A stretch of DNA of 64,000 nucleotides from Octopus sinensis (lineage: Eukaryota): positions 117,986,001 to 118,050,000 of the forward strand of contig NC_043001.1 in the NCBI RefSeq assembly GCF_006345805.1, in the 5' to 3' direction. How positions within the stretch are numbered: position 1 is the stretch's first letter; the number at the start of each line of letters is the position of its first letter. Shown piece by piece: positions 1 to 10,176 of this stretch. The position numbers were made by a program, and so were the translations under genes. The notes under the pieces were generated by a model. That model had not been told where the DNA came from. It saw only the letters and a program-made list of their open reading frames with translations, and ran no database searches.

Positions 1-66
1 CTTTCATTTTGATTTCCGAGAAACAGAATCTTCACAAGTATTACTTTGTCATTACATACGTTCACT

Positions 67-714
67 ATGTTCATCACACTGTCTCCAAAAGAGATCCGCT
101 ACACTCAAGATTCTATTTCTTCATGTTTTCAAAATGGAAACGAAATACAAGATCTTATTTCAGACATTATCAAGGGTCAAACCACAATTAATGAAATTCG
201 AACAATCAGAGTTTTCCTTAAAGATGAGAAACATTATAGTGTAGACAATAGGAGACTTTACGTGTTCAAAGAAGTGCAACGGTTAAAGCAGCCATATTTG
301 AGGATAGGAGTCAAATTAATAGACGAAGCTGATTTTGACGCAGCTAAGTTCACTACAACGAGCGATGGTTTATATATAAAAGTAAGAAAGGGACCTACAA
401 ATAGAGTACCTAAACATACAACTGCGCCGACAAATATATATTCGTTTAGCGCAAGTCCCAGAAGAACTACATATGATGAAAGTCCCAGAACTGCATATGA
501 AGCAAGTCCCAGACCTACTTATGAAGCAAGTCCCAGACCTACTTATGAAGCAAGTACCAGAACTACTTATGCAACTGGATCTAGTTTCTCCAGTAGCTAT
601 GGAACGGATAACGTTTACAGACTGGACACTCCAAGAGTTCCGAATATTATACGTAAAGAACCCACAAAGCCAACACCAGAGAAATCCGATGATTCTTGGT
701 GTGTAATTCTTTAA
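67..714 (+). CDS. Copy A: uncharacterised 215-aa protein; putative ParB/Srx-like domain + 4x octapeptide repeat + CaaX (WCVIL)
   Basis: Uninterrupted ORF. The track start at 46 is TTG; the first ATG is at 67. Motifs PKEIRYTQDSI, YSVDNRRLYVF, KFTTT..G..IKVR; ends CVIL-stop; AATAAA at 960-965. The domain assignment rests on motif recognition only. Confidence 0.8.
   Translation: MFITLSPKEIRYTQDSISSCFQNGNEIQDLISDIIKGQTTINEIRTIRVFLKDEKHYSVDNRRLYVFKEVQRLKQPYLRIGVKLIDEADFDAAKFTTTSDGLYIKVRKGPTNRVPKHTTAPTNIYSFSASPRRTTYDESPRTAYEASPRPTYEASPRPTYEASTRTTYATGSSFSSSYGTDNVYRLDTPRVPNIIRKEPTKPTPEKSDDSWCVIL
466..561 (+). repeat. 24-bp coding minisatellite, 4 units (copy A)
   Basis: TTYDESPR TAYEASPR PTYEASPR PTYEASTR. 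Confidence 0.9.
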
Positions 715-1800
715 ACAGTCATCCTGATGCTACTGACTCAAAGGAATATCAATTTTAATTTTCTTGAATTTTGCTTGTTTTATTTGAGACGAAAATGGAA
801 CTTAAATTTAAATCTCTGATACTACGGATGTGAAGTAAGAACCTTCTAGTTTTCTTTACCTTTTTGGTAAAATTCTACCACCCCAACCCCACATTTTACA
901 ACAAAAAAAAAAGATTTAAAGTTACCGGTTTTCTTTTTACCTTTCATATTTTTACGGATAATAAAATACATGCGAAGCAAAATATTCAACAAAACACTTC
1001 ACAATGTATACAAATGGTATAAATATTGAAAAAGAAAAAAGAAAATATTAGAAATATTGGGATTTTAATTAAGTTTTCTTTATATATTCAAATTAATCAT
1101 TTAAACGATTTTACTGGTAAATTATGACAAACGGAATAAAATTTGAACATTATCGAAGGGAAGTCGTTCTATCCTCAGACACAGGAAAGCAACAATTGAC
1201 CTTTCATTTATTCTTTTGTCAAGTTATATAAAACATTATATATATATATATATATATATATATAATGTGTGTGTGTATGTATGTATGTATAAAAGGGACC
1301 GAGGTAAAAGAATACGCACACCACCCGTTTACGAAGTAACAAGGACCCTAGCCCCTAACACTGGTTGTACGTGTCCTTTACTTTCGCCATAAAAGGTTTT
1401 TGTTTCATTTAAACAATTTTAAAACGTCTAAATTATAAGTTTATCATTTAATAAACCTCCCCACACGCGGCAAAAGAGTTTCAACCTCTCTGTTACCAAC
1501 GAAAACGATAAGCTTCCTCGATATTATTATTGTGTAACCAGAAGCTTGTTACTTTTAAACGTTCTGGGGGGAAAAAAAACTTCCTTTTCTACACACCCAT
1601 ATTTTTCTTTTTCTTTTTGTTAATGTGTACATCTTAACCTTATGGGGTCATTCATATCGATTCATTTCAAGATGACAACGCCGTTACATAGCAATACTGA
1701 TTACACCCACAAAGGAATCTAAAAAAAAAGATTTTTTGCTTCGAAGTACCCTGAACTCCCAATATGCCACAAATCTCCCTTTTTTTATTTTCAGAAACAA

Positions 1801-2300
1801 AATTTCTTTATAATCCGAAAGCATGCCCTTTGAAAGGTATTTCTATAAAATTTCATTGAAAAAAAACCATTTTCCTAAAAGTTATGTGGGAAAAACTCGG
1901 ATTTCGTGAATTTTCCGAAGTCCTTTCCCCATCCCCGTTGGAAAAGATTTTCCTCACAAATTTCTTTATAATCGTAATCTATGCTGTTTGAAAGGTATTT
2001 CTATAAAATTTCATTGAAGAAACCCCATTTTCCTAAAAGTTACGAGGGAAAAACTCGGATCTTATAAATTTTCCAAAGTCCTCCCCCCACCCTCCCGTTT
2101 CTTTGCGCGCATTTTTTTTTTTTTTCATATTCGTTTCCTGCCCATTGCTTTACATCCATCCCAGTACTTTTTTTTTTGGTGTGTGTGTGTGGAGGGGGTG
2201 ATTTTCATTTCCGGATCAAGATTAACCCGAATTTCTTTATAATCGTAATCTATGCCATTTGAAAGGGACCTATATAAAATTTCACGGATTTGTTCAGTTT
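1801..2300 (+). repeat. Degenerate satellite-like array (units of roughly 120-160 bp)
   Basis: Recurrent AATTTCTTTATAATC..GAAAGGTATTTCTATAAAATTTCATTGAAAAAA..CCATTTTCCTAAAAGTTA..GGAAAAACTCGGAT. Other blocks at about 2900-3000, 15060-15365 and 15600-15700 (+). Confidence 0.8.
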
Positions 2301-3594
2301 GGATCACTGATTTTTTTTATTCACTTTCTTTTTCAAACTTCGTATTTTTCTCACCCAGAACACGATTTACTTTGAACATTTTTGACAAAATTTGGTATTT
2401 TAGAAGTTATTTTGTGTTAAGGTTGTATTTGGGTACTTTCAACCCATCAACGACATGTATTCAGATTAAGAAAGCTACTGCTGCTTGCGATAGTAGTCGA
2501 GGAGGAACAACTTCCGGGTCATCTCTACTAAATGTCACCACTCTGTTCTATGTCCAGCAGCCACCTTTATCCTTTCTAGTCAGCACCGTGCATTCCTTAC
2601 TCTTTCCCTCCCTACTACACTATCAACTAGCAACCAGCCAGCGAACTTGTTACTGCACTGCAGTTACCGTATTTTCAGGTGTATAAGCCGCTATTTTTCT
2701 TTTACCGTCAGGTTTTAATAATGCTATTTTTCATCTAATAAAGACTTTTATATTGACGAAATATGTTTGTTGTTGATTATAGTAAGATAAAATCGTGACA
2801 ATGACAATACATCTCATAGTTAGAAAATAAGGCATTTTGAAACTACATACACGTCAAGGATCTGTTCAGTTTGGCTCAAACACTGAAGAGATCCAATTTC
2901 ATTGCAAGATATCCATTTTCCTAAAGGTTATGAGGGGGAAAATTCGGATCGTGTGAATTTTCCGAAAGTCCTATTCCCGCCCCCGATTCGTTACTGCAAA
3001 TTTTTATTTTCATATTTCATTATTGCACATTTTTTTTTACACCTGTTACACTCGTTTTGATTTCTGTTTTGGTAACCAGTAGTAAAAGTAACATTAACCG
3101 ATAGAATACCAGGTTTCAAAAAATGAGCCCTGGGATCGATTCATTCGACTAAAAATTCTCCAAGGCGGTACCCCAGCATAGCCACAGGCTAATGACTCAA
3201 ACAAGATACAAGCAAAATATACTGAAATGATCTTAACGAAAGAAGGTGCAGTTACTCGGCTGATTAAAACTAGCAGCCAAATCTTATCCTACCTTTTCAC
3301 TTTAACATTTCTGAGAAAATATTACTTTCGTTTTTATTCCAAGAAGTGCTTACTTTAGATACAATGACCAGCAAAACTTTCCAAGTACAAACAGAGATTT
3401 CGTAGAAAAGTAATCTATGGAGCTGTTATAATAAATAGCAGTATTTCACAGGAGATAAATCATTAACTGCCTGATGCGTAATGAACTCAATTACACTGAC
3501 TTATTCCCCTTGTTCACAAGAATTTTAACTTTCATTTTGATTTCCGAGAAACAGAATCTTCACAAGTATTACTTTGTCATTACATACGTTCACT

Positions 3595-4338
3595 ATGTTC
3601 ATCACACTGTCTCCAAAAGAGATCCGCTACACTCAAGATTCTATTTCTTCATGTTTTCAAAATGGAAACGAAATACAAGATCTTATTTCAGACATTATCA
3701 AGGGTCAAACCACAATTAATGAAATTCGAACAATCAGAGTTTTCCTTAAACATGAGAAATATTATAGTGTAGACAATAGGAGACTTTACGTGTTCAAAGA
3801 AGTGCAACGGTTAAAGCAGCCAAATTTGAGGATAAGAGTCAAATTAATTCACCAAGTTGATTCTCACGTAGATAAGTTCACTACAACGACCGATGGTTTA
3901 CGTATAAAAGTAAGAAAGGGACTTGCAAATAGAGTACCTAAACATACAACTGCGCCGACAAATATATATTCGTTTAGCGCAAGTCCCAGAAGAACTACAT
4001 ATGAAGAAAGTCCCAGAACTACATACGAAGAAAGTCCCAGAACTGCATATGAAGAAAGTCCCAGAACTACATATGAAGAAAGTCCCAGAACTGCATATGA
4101 AGAAAGTCCCAGAACTGCATATGAAGAAAGTCCCAGAACTACATATGAAGAAAGTCCCAGACCTACTTATGAGGCAAGTACCAGAACTACTGATGCAACT
4201 GGATCTAGTTTCTCCAGTAGATATGGAACGGATAACGTTTACAGACTGGAGACTCCAATAGTTCCGAATATTATACTTGAAGAACCCACAAAGCCAACAC
4301 CAGAGAAATCCGATGATCGTTGTTGTGTAATTCTTTAA
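3595..4338 (+). CDS. Copy B: diverged 247-aa paralogue; 8x octapeptide repeat; ends RCCVIL
   Basis: Intact ORF paralogous to A and C; ATG at 3595; 23 amino-acid differences outside the repeat block; AATAAA at 4585-4590. Confidence 0.8.
   Translation: MFITLSPKEIRYTQDSISSCFQNGNEIQDLISDIIKGQTTINEIRTIRVFLKHEKYYSVDNRRLYVFKEVQRLKQPNLRIRVKLIHQVDSHVDKFTTTTDGLRIKVRKGLANRVPKHTTAPTNIYSFSASPRRTTYEESPRTTYEESPRTAYEESPRTTYEESPRTAYEESPRTAYEESPRTTYEESPRPTYEASTRTTDATGSSFSSRYGTDNVYRLETPIVPNIILEEPTKPTPEKSDDRCCVIL
3994..4185 (+). repeat. 24-bp coding minisatellite, 8 units (copy B)
   Basis: (T[T/A]YEESPR)x7 + PTYEASTR; accounts for the 32-aa length difference from A and C. Confidence 0.9.
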
Positions 4339-4902
4339 ACAGTCATCCTGATGCTACTGACTCAAAGGAATATCAATTTTAATTTTCTTGAATTTTGCTT
4401 GTTTTATTTGAGACGAAAATGGAACTTAAATTTAAATCTCTGATACTACGGATGTGAAGTAAGAACCTTCTAGTTTTCTTTACCTTTTTGGCAAAATTCT
4501 ACCACCTCAACCCCACATTTTACAACAAAAAAAAAAAGATTTAAAGTTACCGGTTTTCTTTTTACCTTTCATATTTTTACGGATAATAAAATACATGCGA
4601 AGCAAAATATTCAACAAAACACTTCACAATGTATACAAATGGTATAAATAATGAAAAAGAACAAAAAATATATTAGAAATATTGGGATTTTAATTAAGTT
4701 TTCTTTATATATTCAAATTAATTACATACACACACAAATTATATATATATAATGTTTTATATAACTTGAGAAAAGAATAAATGAAAGGTGATATACCAAT
4801 TGTTGCTTTCCTGTGTCTGAGGATAGAACGATTTCCCTTCGATAATGTTCAAATTTAATTCCGTTTGTCATAATTTACCAGTAAAATCGTTTAAATGATT
4901 AA

Positions 4903-6856
4903 TCTCTTATTATAAAAGGCAGATTTTATCTGCCTCCCTTTGTATCTTATAGAAATCTACAATATAGGATTTCTTCAATTACAATTTACCTAGCATTTTT
5001 AAGAGTAGAATGCATCGGGTCGTGCCAGGTCCGCTTTTTAAAATGTCAACCCCAATTAAGCAAAATTTACAGAAAACTCACATTGTGGTGTATGAGTCAA
5101 ATGCTTCTCTTAGTGTGGGATACAGCACACACAAACGCACACACACAGTGTGCAACGAATAAAGTGAAAGTAATTCACTTTCTGTAGTGAGTGACTCTTT
5201 CATTCTGCCTCCCACTTCCTCTTTACACACATAGACACGCAAATATATAAATAAAATTGTAACCTAACGTGCGTGTGTGTGAGTGTGTGTGTGGTGTGTG
5301 TGAGGGTGTGTGTGCGTGAGTGTGTGACAGGAAAGTTTTTTAGGACGAATATAAGACCTATATCCAAGTAGCAGAAAGATCGCCCAAAAGTGTATATAGA
5401 TATTTAAATGTATTTATATATTCATCTATACACAGATGTTTGTATAATGTGTGTGTATATATTTCCACAGAGGTAACCTTTCACTCCATACAAAGTTTTT
5501 TAGGACGAATATAAGATCTAAAGTATATACAAGTAGCAGAAAGATCGCCCAAAAGTGTATGTAGATATTTAAATGTATTTATATATTCATCTATACACAG
5601 ATGTATGTATAATGTGTGTGTATATATTTCTATAGACGTAACCATTCACTCCGCACAAAGTTTTTTAGAACGAAAATAAGATCTAAAGTTATCTCTAAGT
5701 AGCACAAAGATCGCCCAAAAGTGTATATAGATATATAAATGTATTTATATATTTATCTATGCACACATGTATGTATAACGTGTGTGTATATATTTCCATA
5801 GAGGTAACCATTCACTCCATACAAAGTTTTTTAGGACGAAAATAAGATCTAAAGTTATCTCTAAGAAACAGAAAGATCGCCCAAAAGTGTATATAGATAT
5901 TTAAATGTATTTATATATTCATCTATACACACATGTATGTATAATGTGCGTGTATATATTTCCATAGAGGTAACCATTCAATCCATACAAAGTTTTTTAG
6001 GACGAAAATATTTATATATAAAAGAAAGGTTGTGTGTCTGTCTACTCCGATTTAGATTCCTAACTACTCCCACATTTTGCGATGCAGTTTAACCAAAACC
6101 GGGTATCTTATAGTCGTGATTCAAATCGAGCCCTTCTGGGTATTAGCGCGCGTCTACGATGAGTCTATGATTTTACAAATAATTTACCATCATTTTTTTC
6201 CATTTTAATGCATATTTTTTTAATAAAGGGAAGTAACTCTCAAACTTCACACCAATATGCGTGCTCATATGCGACGTAATATCACATCAGCAGCATTTCC
6301 TCACACCCTCCTTGCACTTGGCGAAGGCAAAATACCAGGGGATGAAAATGGTAATATTGCCATCGATTCCATTTGTACCATTGTTAAGACGCCTTCTGAT
6401 CTCAGAGATGCAGTGTTCCCAGATCTACAAGCTAATTATCAGAATATGGATTGGATTGGCAAAAAGGCTATACTGGCCCCGAGGAATAAAACTGTTCACC
6501 ATATTAATGATGAAATGCTAAAACTCATTCCTGGGGAAGTCTATGTATATCAGTCTATCGATACAACTCCTGACCCAGAGGACGTCACATCAACTATCCA
6601 ATAGAGGTACTCAATTCCTTTGAGCACCCCGGACTACCACCACACTTTCTCAAACTTAAAGTTGGTGCCCCTATAATGCTCATCAGAAATTTGGTTCCCC
6701 CAAAACAATGCAATGGCACACATTTGATCGTTAAGTCCTTATCTCCCACCGTAAACTTATATCAATATTTGCCTGAATAATCATCATAATTCAGTGCAAT
6801 CATTAACAGTACTTTCAAGCAATTCAGCCCCGAGCAACGCCGGGCAATTCTGCTAG
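4903..6856 (+). mobile_element. Non-autonomous Helitron with a PIF1-type helicase remnant
   Basis: 5' A|TCTCTTATTATAAAAGG; 3' hairpin CCCGAGCAACGCCGGG then CTAG|T at 6853-6856. Remnant at about 6250-6755 reads ...AILAPRNKTVHHIN...[21 protein letters not shown]...CNGT with frame disruptions. Absent from the paralogous flanks of A and C. Confidence 0.85.
5332..6010 (+). repeat. About 165-bp tandem repeat, about 4 units, inside the Helitron
   Basis: AAAGTTTTTTAGGACGAA recurs at about 5332, 5492, 5657, 5823 and 5989. Confidence 0.9.
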
Positions 6857-7904
6857 TGTATGTATAAAAGGGACCGAGGTAAAAGAATACGCTCACCACC
6901 CGTTTTCGGCGTAACAAGGACCCTAGCCCCTAACACTGGTTGTACGTGTCCTTTACTTTCGCCATAAAAGGTTTTTGTTTCATTTAAACAATTTTAAAAC
7001 GTCTAAATTATAAGTTTATCATTTAATAAACCTCCCCACACGCGGCAAAATGTTTCAATCTCTCTGTTACCAACGAAAACGATAAGCTTCCTCGATATTA
7101 TTATTGTGTAACCAGAAGCTTGTTACTTTTAAACGTTCAGGGGGAAAAAAAACTTCCTTTTCTACACACCCATATTTTTCTTTTTCTTTTTGTTAATGTG
7201 TACATCTTAACCTTATGGGGTCATTCATATCGATTCATTTCAAGATGACAACGCCGTTACATAGCAATACTGATTACACCCACAAAGGAATCTAAAAAAA
7301 AAGATTTTTTGCTTCGAAGTACCCTGAACTCCCAATATGCCACAAATCTCCCTTTTTTTATTTTCAGAAACAAAGGGAGGGTAGTGCTGGGGGAGCTTGG
7401 AATTACTCCCGAAAGTCCCAGGTCCACCACCACATAAACGGCTCCTTTCTACTGAAAATGGAAGATTTGGCTGCTATTTCTAGCACGCGCTGCTACCACG
7501 TAACAGCTATTTGCGATAGCAGCATGTCCTTTATCGCAAATACCTGTTCAGTGGTAGCAGGACGTGCTAGAAATACCAGCCTAATCGGTTCATAACAACG
7601 TTTCACATTGTTTCGCTTTAATTACAACTAGGGAGGGGGAGGGGGGTGATCTGCTGTTCCTGTCATTATTAAAGTGTTGCCTAAAAATGCACCTGGTTTT
7701 TACCCCTTGATTTGCCTTTTCCCACTGGTCAACGGTTTCTGTAGATTGTATTTGTATAATGTCACTTCCTGCTTTTTCTTAAAATACTGCGAAATGTGCT
7801 CCACATACAAAGAAGTTACATTTTAATTCAAACGAATTAACCAGTTCTTGAATCTTTCAGAAAATTAATAAAAGAAAAGTGGTGCGCTTTCGTATGTGAA
7901 AATA

Positions 7905-8570
7905 ATCTTTTGTCACTAAACACTTTCAAACTTCGGACACGGGTGGAAAGGCGTGATTCAACTGAATAAAATGACTGCCGTCGTTTGTCAACAAGAACTT
8001 CCGGCGGTGTATATTTCGTCTGTCACTGTTAATGACAACCCTTAACCACCCTTTCCTTACTGTATTTCTGTTGAGATGCTCTCTGTTTCTTTCAATTACT
8101 TTAAAAAAACAAAGAATTTAGTAAAGTAACTTAGTTATCATTCAGCTGGTTTTAGGAATATAGATTGTGACTAAGGATTGGTGGAAGATTTTAATTCAAA
8201 ACTTATGAAAACAAGACATTTGTACTCAGAGCCACAGCCGGTTTCAGCCGGGTTGGTCACGAAAGGGTTAAAACTAGTACAAACGCACGATATGTCATAA
8301 ATAGCAATTACAAACGAAAAACCCACCGCCAATAGTTTTTGTTGACAAACAACAGCAGTAATTTTATTCAGCTGAATACACGTCATTGATTGGTTGAAAT
8401 TACCGAAATACGAAAACTTTGAGACGTGAAATAACTTCGTAAATAGGTTTTTCACAAAAATGCTAAGAGTAAAAGATATTTCATATGACACATTCTACCA
8501 GTGTCCGAAGTTTGAAACTGTTTAGTTACAAAAGATTATTTTTTAAATCTGTCGGTCAAAAGGTAAAGAT
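7905..8570. mobile_element. Foldback MITE split by a TTAA-flanked piggyBac-like MITE (about 8043-8270); duplicated at about 18580-19245
   Basis: Arms match the element at 11131-11740. The inner element ends GAAAGGGTTAA and matches the family at 53002-53230. Confidence 0.6.
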
Positions 8571-8604
8571 CCGCAACCAGTTGCTCAGACAGCCGGCACA
8601 TACC

Positions 8605-8835
8605 TATTTCTTTACTACCCACAAGGGGCTAAACACAGAGGGGACAAACAAGGACAGACGTAGGTATTAAGTCGATTACATCGACCCCAGTGCGTAACTG
8701 GTACATAATATATCGACCCCGAAAGGATGAAAGGTAAAGTCGACATGGGCGGAATTTGAACTCACAACGTAACGGCAGACGAAATACCGCTAAGCATTTC
8801 GCCCGGCGTGCTAACGGTTCTGCCAGCTCGCCGCC
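8605..8835 (-). mobile_element. tRNA-like SINE with an 18-bp TSD
   Basis: TSD AGACAGCCGGCACATACC at 8587-8604 and 8836-8853; B-box-like GTTCAAATTCC on the minus strand. Confidence 0.85.
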
Positions 8836-9544
8836 AGACAGCCGGCACATACCATTTCGCTAGCCACAAAGGGAGCACAGGATGACAGTCAGCCCAAACC
8901 GTCGCTATGCTGTATCTCTTCTTTCCTCTGTCTGTCTCTCTTATTAAGAAGATGTATGTATATTGTGCTAAGATTCGTTATCAAAAGTTATCCTTACTGA
9001 GAAGAAGCAGTCAAAAGCAACCACCACATACAATCACCAAACATCTCCACTACTTAACACCGTCCAAGTTAACCTGCTTCACCTTTTCAACTGACATGAA
9101 ACACTACGAGGAAAAGCAACCATTTTAATTTAGCCAAAAAAGAGAAAAAATCGATTGCTATGAAAACGCGTAAAATTTGAGGGTTAATAATCTTAAATCT
9201 TTAGTTACAGTTTCTCATTCAAACTACATAATAAGCAGAATTGTCAGATTAAGACAGTGGGGTGTTTTGAGGGAGATTTGGCTGCTGTTTCTACTAGGTC
9301 TAGCTACCATGTAGAAGTCTCCCTTATTGGCTCATACATACATATATGCATAAACTCGAAATAAAATACATAAAGCAACAGGCGTCAAATACAAATGCCG
9401 AGGTTCATGCAGTGTCATGAGCCCAAATATTTCCAACTTCTAGTCTAATGCGAGCCCAGAGCAATCTCTTATCTCTTACACTATTTCAGTATTATGTCTG
9501 TATTGTAATGCGAGATAATACTTTCAGTTTGAAAGAAGTCTGTC

Positions 9545-9583
<39 letters not shown>

Positions 9584-9584
<1 letters not shown>

Positions 9585-10141
9585 CTTATATAAAATCCGT
9601 TCTGTCTGCTTGTGTGTGTGTGTCTTCTCTGATCTCGGGCATCCTCCATCCGATTGCGCTCAAATTTGATATGTAGATACCGACGGTATCAGGGCATGTA
9701 TAAGTCTTGAAACAACTACAAAAATCGATTCCAGGTGAGAATGCGATCAATAAAGCCGTTATTTCCGTCAACCTGTACATAACTGCACCTTCCATTTTTT
9801 TGTTGGTTTTGTACTGCTTAAAGACACGTTTCGTTCCTGCCAAGTTTACTGTTTAAACCGTGTCTGTGTTCTCCCAGTTAAAAGCCTATTCATTACTGGT
9901 ACTTTAAAATCTTTGGTTGCATATTTGTGTGAATAAAATCGTTTTTCTTTGGAATAGAAAAAAGTTTATCGTTATTTCTTCTTTTGCTGGTGTCTCAAAT
10001 TTAGATTAAATCAGTGTTTCCCAAATGTGAGGCCTATGGGACGGACGGACAAGTTTTGAGAATATTTGGTGTCAATGTTTGACAACTCAGCACCGTCCAT
10101 TGGACAGGGGGCGTTTTGCTCGTGTGTGTATGTATATATAT

Positions 10142-10176
<35 letters not shown>

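Larger units (their letters stand above)
1..1801 (+). repeat. Segmental duplicate of 16234-18049
   Basis: Near-identical base for base apart from about 3 substitutions and microsatellite/homopolymer lengths. Confidence 0.95.
2661..9510 (+). repeat. Segmental duplicate of 15365-20165 (copy B unit vs copy C unit), interrupted by an inversion and a Helitron at 4723-6856
   Basis: Shared upstream flank starts CAGTTACCGTATTTTCAGG at 2661 and 15365; shared downstream flank resumes at 6857 and includes the same MITEs and SINE. Confidence 0.9.

Noticed and set aside
46-66. ORF-track N-terminus MSLHTFT
   Set aside because: Starts at TTG, a bacterial-code call; the first ATG is at 67. The segment would be coding only if an upstream exon is spliced in.
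9-191. Short overlapping ORFs (MISEKQNLHK..., MRNELNYTDL..., MMKVPELHMK...) repeated with each paralogue
   Set aside because: Alternative frames of the same duplicated DNA; their recurrence and periodicity follow from the main ORF and its 24-bp repeat.
5332-6010. Regularly spaced repeats as a possible CRISPR array (also the CCAAT-CRE units at 13772-14197)
   Set aside because: Whole units are repeated with no unique spacers, no cas genes are present, and the context is eukaryotic.
1-6856. Helitron capture as the cause of the gene duplications
   Set aside because: The genes lie outside the identifiable Helitron termini, and the first Helitron interrupts B's flank rather than enclosing the gene.
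8730-8835. tRNA gene candidates (also 19405-19508, 30150-30259, 35160-35240)
   Set aside because: These are tRNA-like SINE heads with TSDs and tails; no complete cloverleaf seen.
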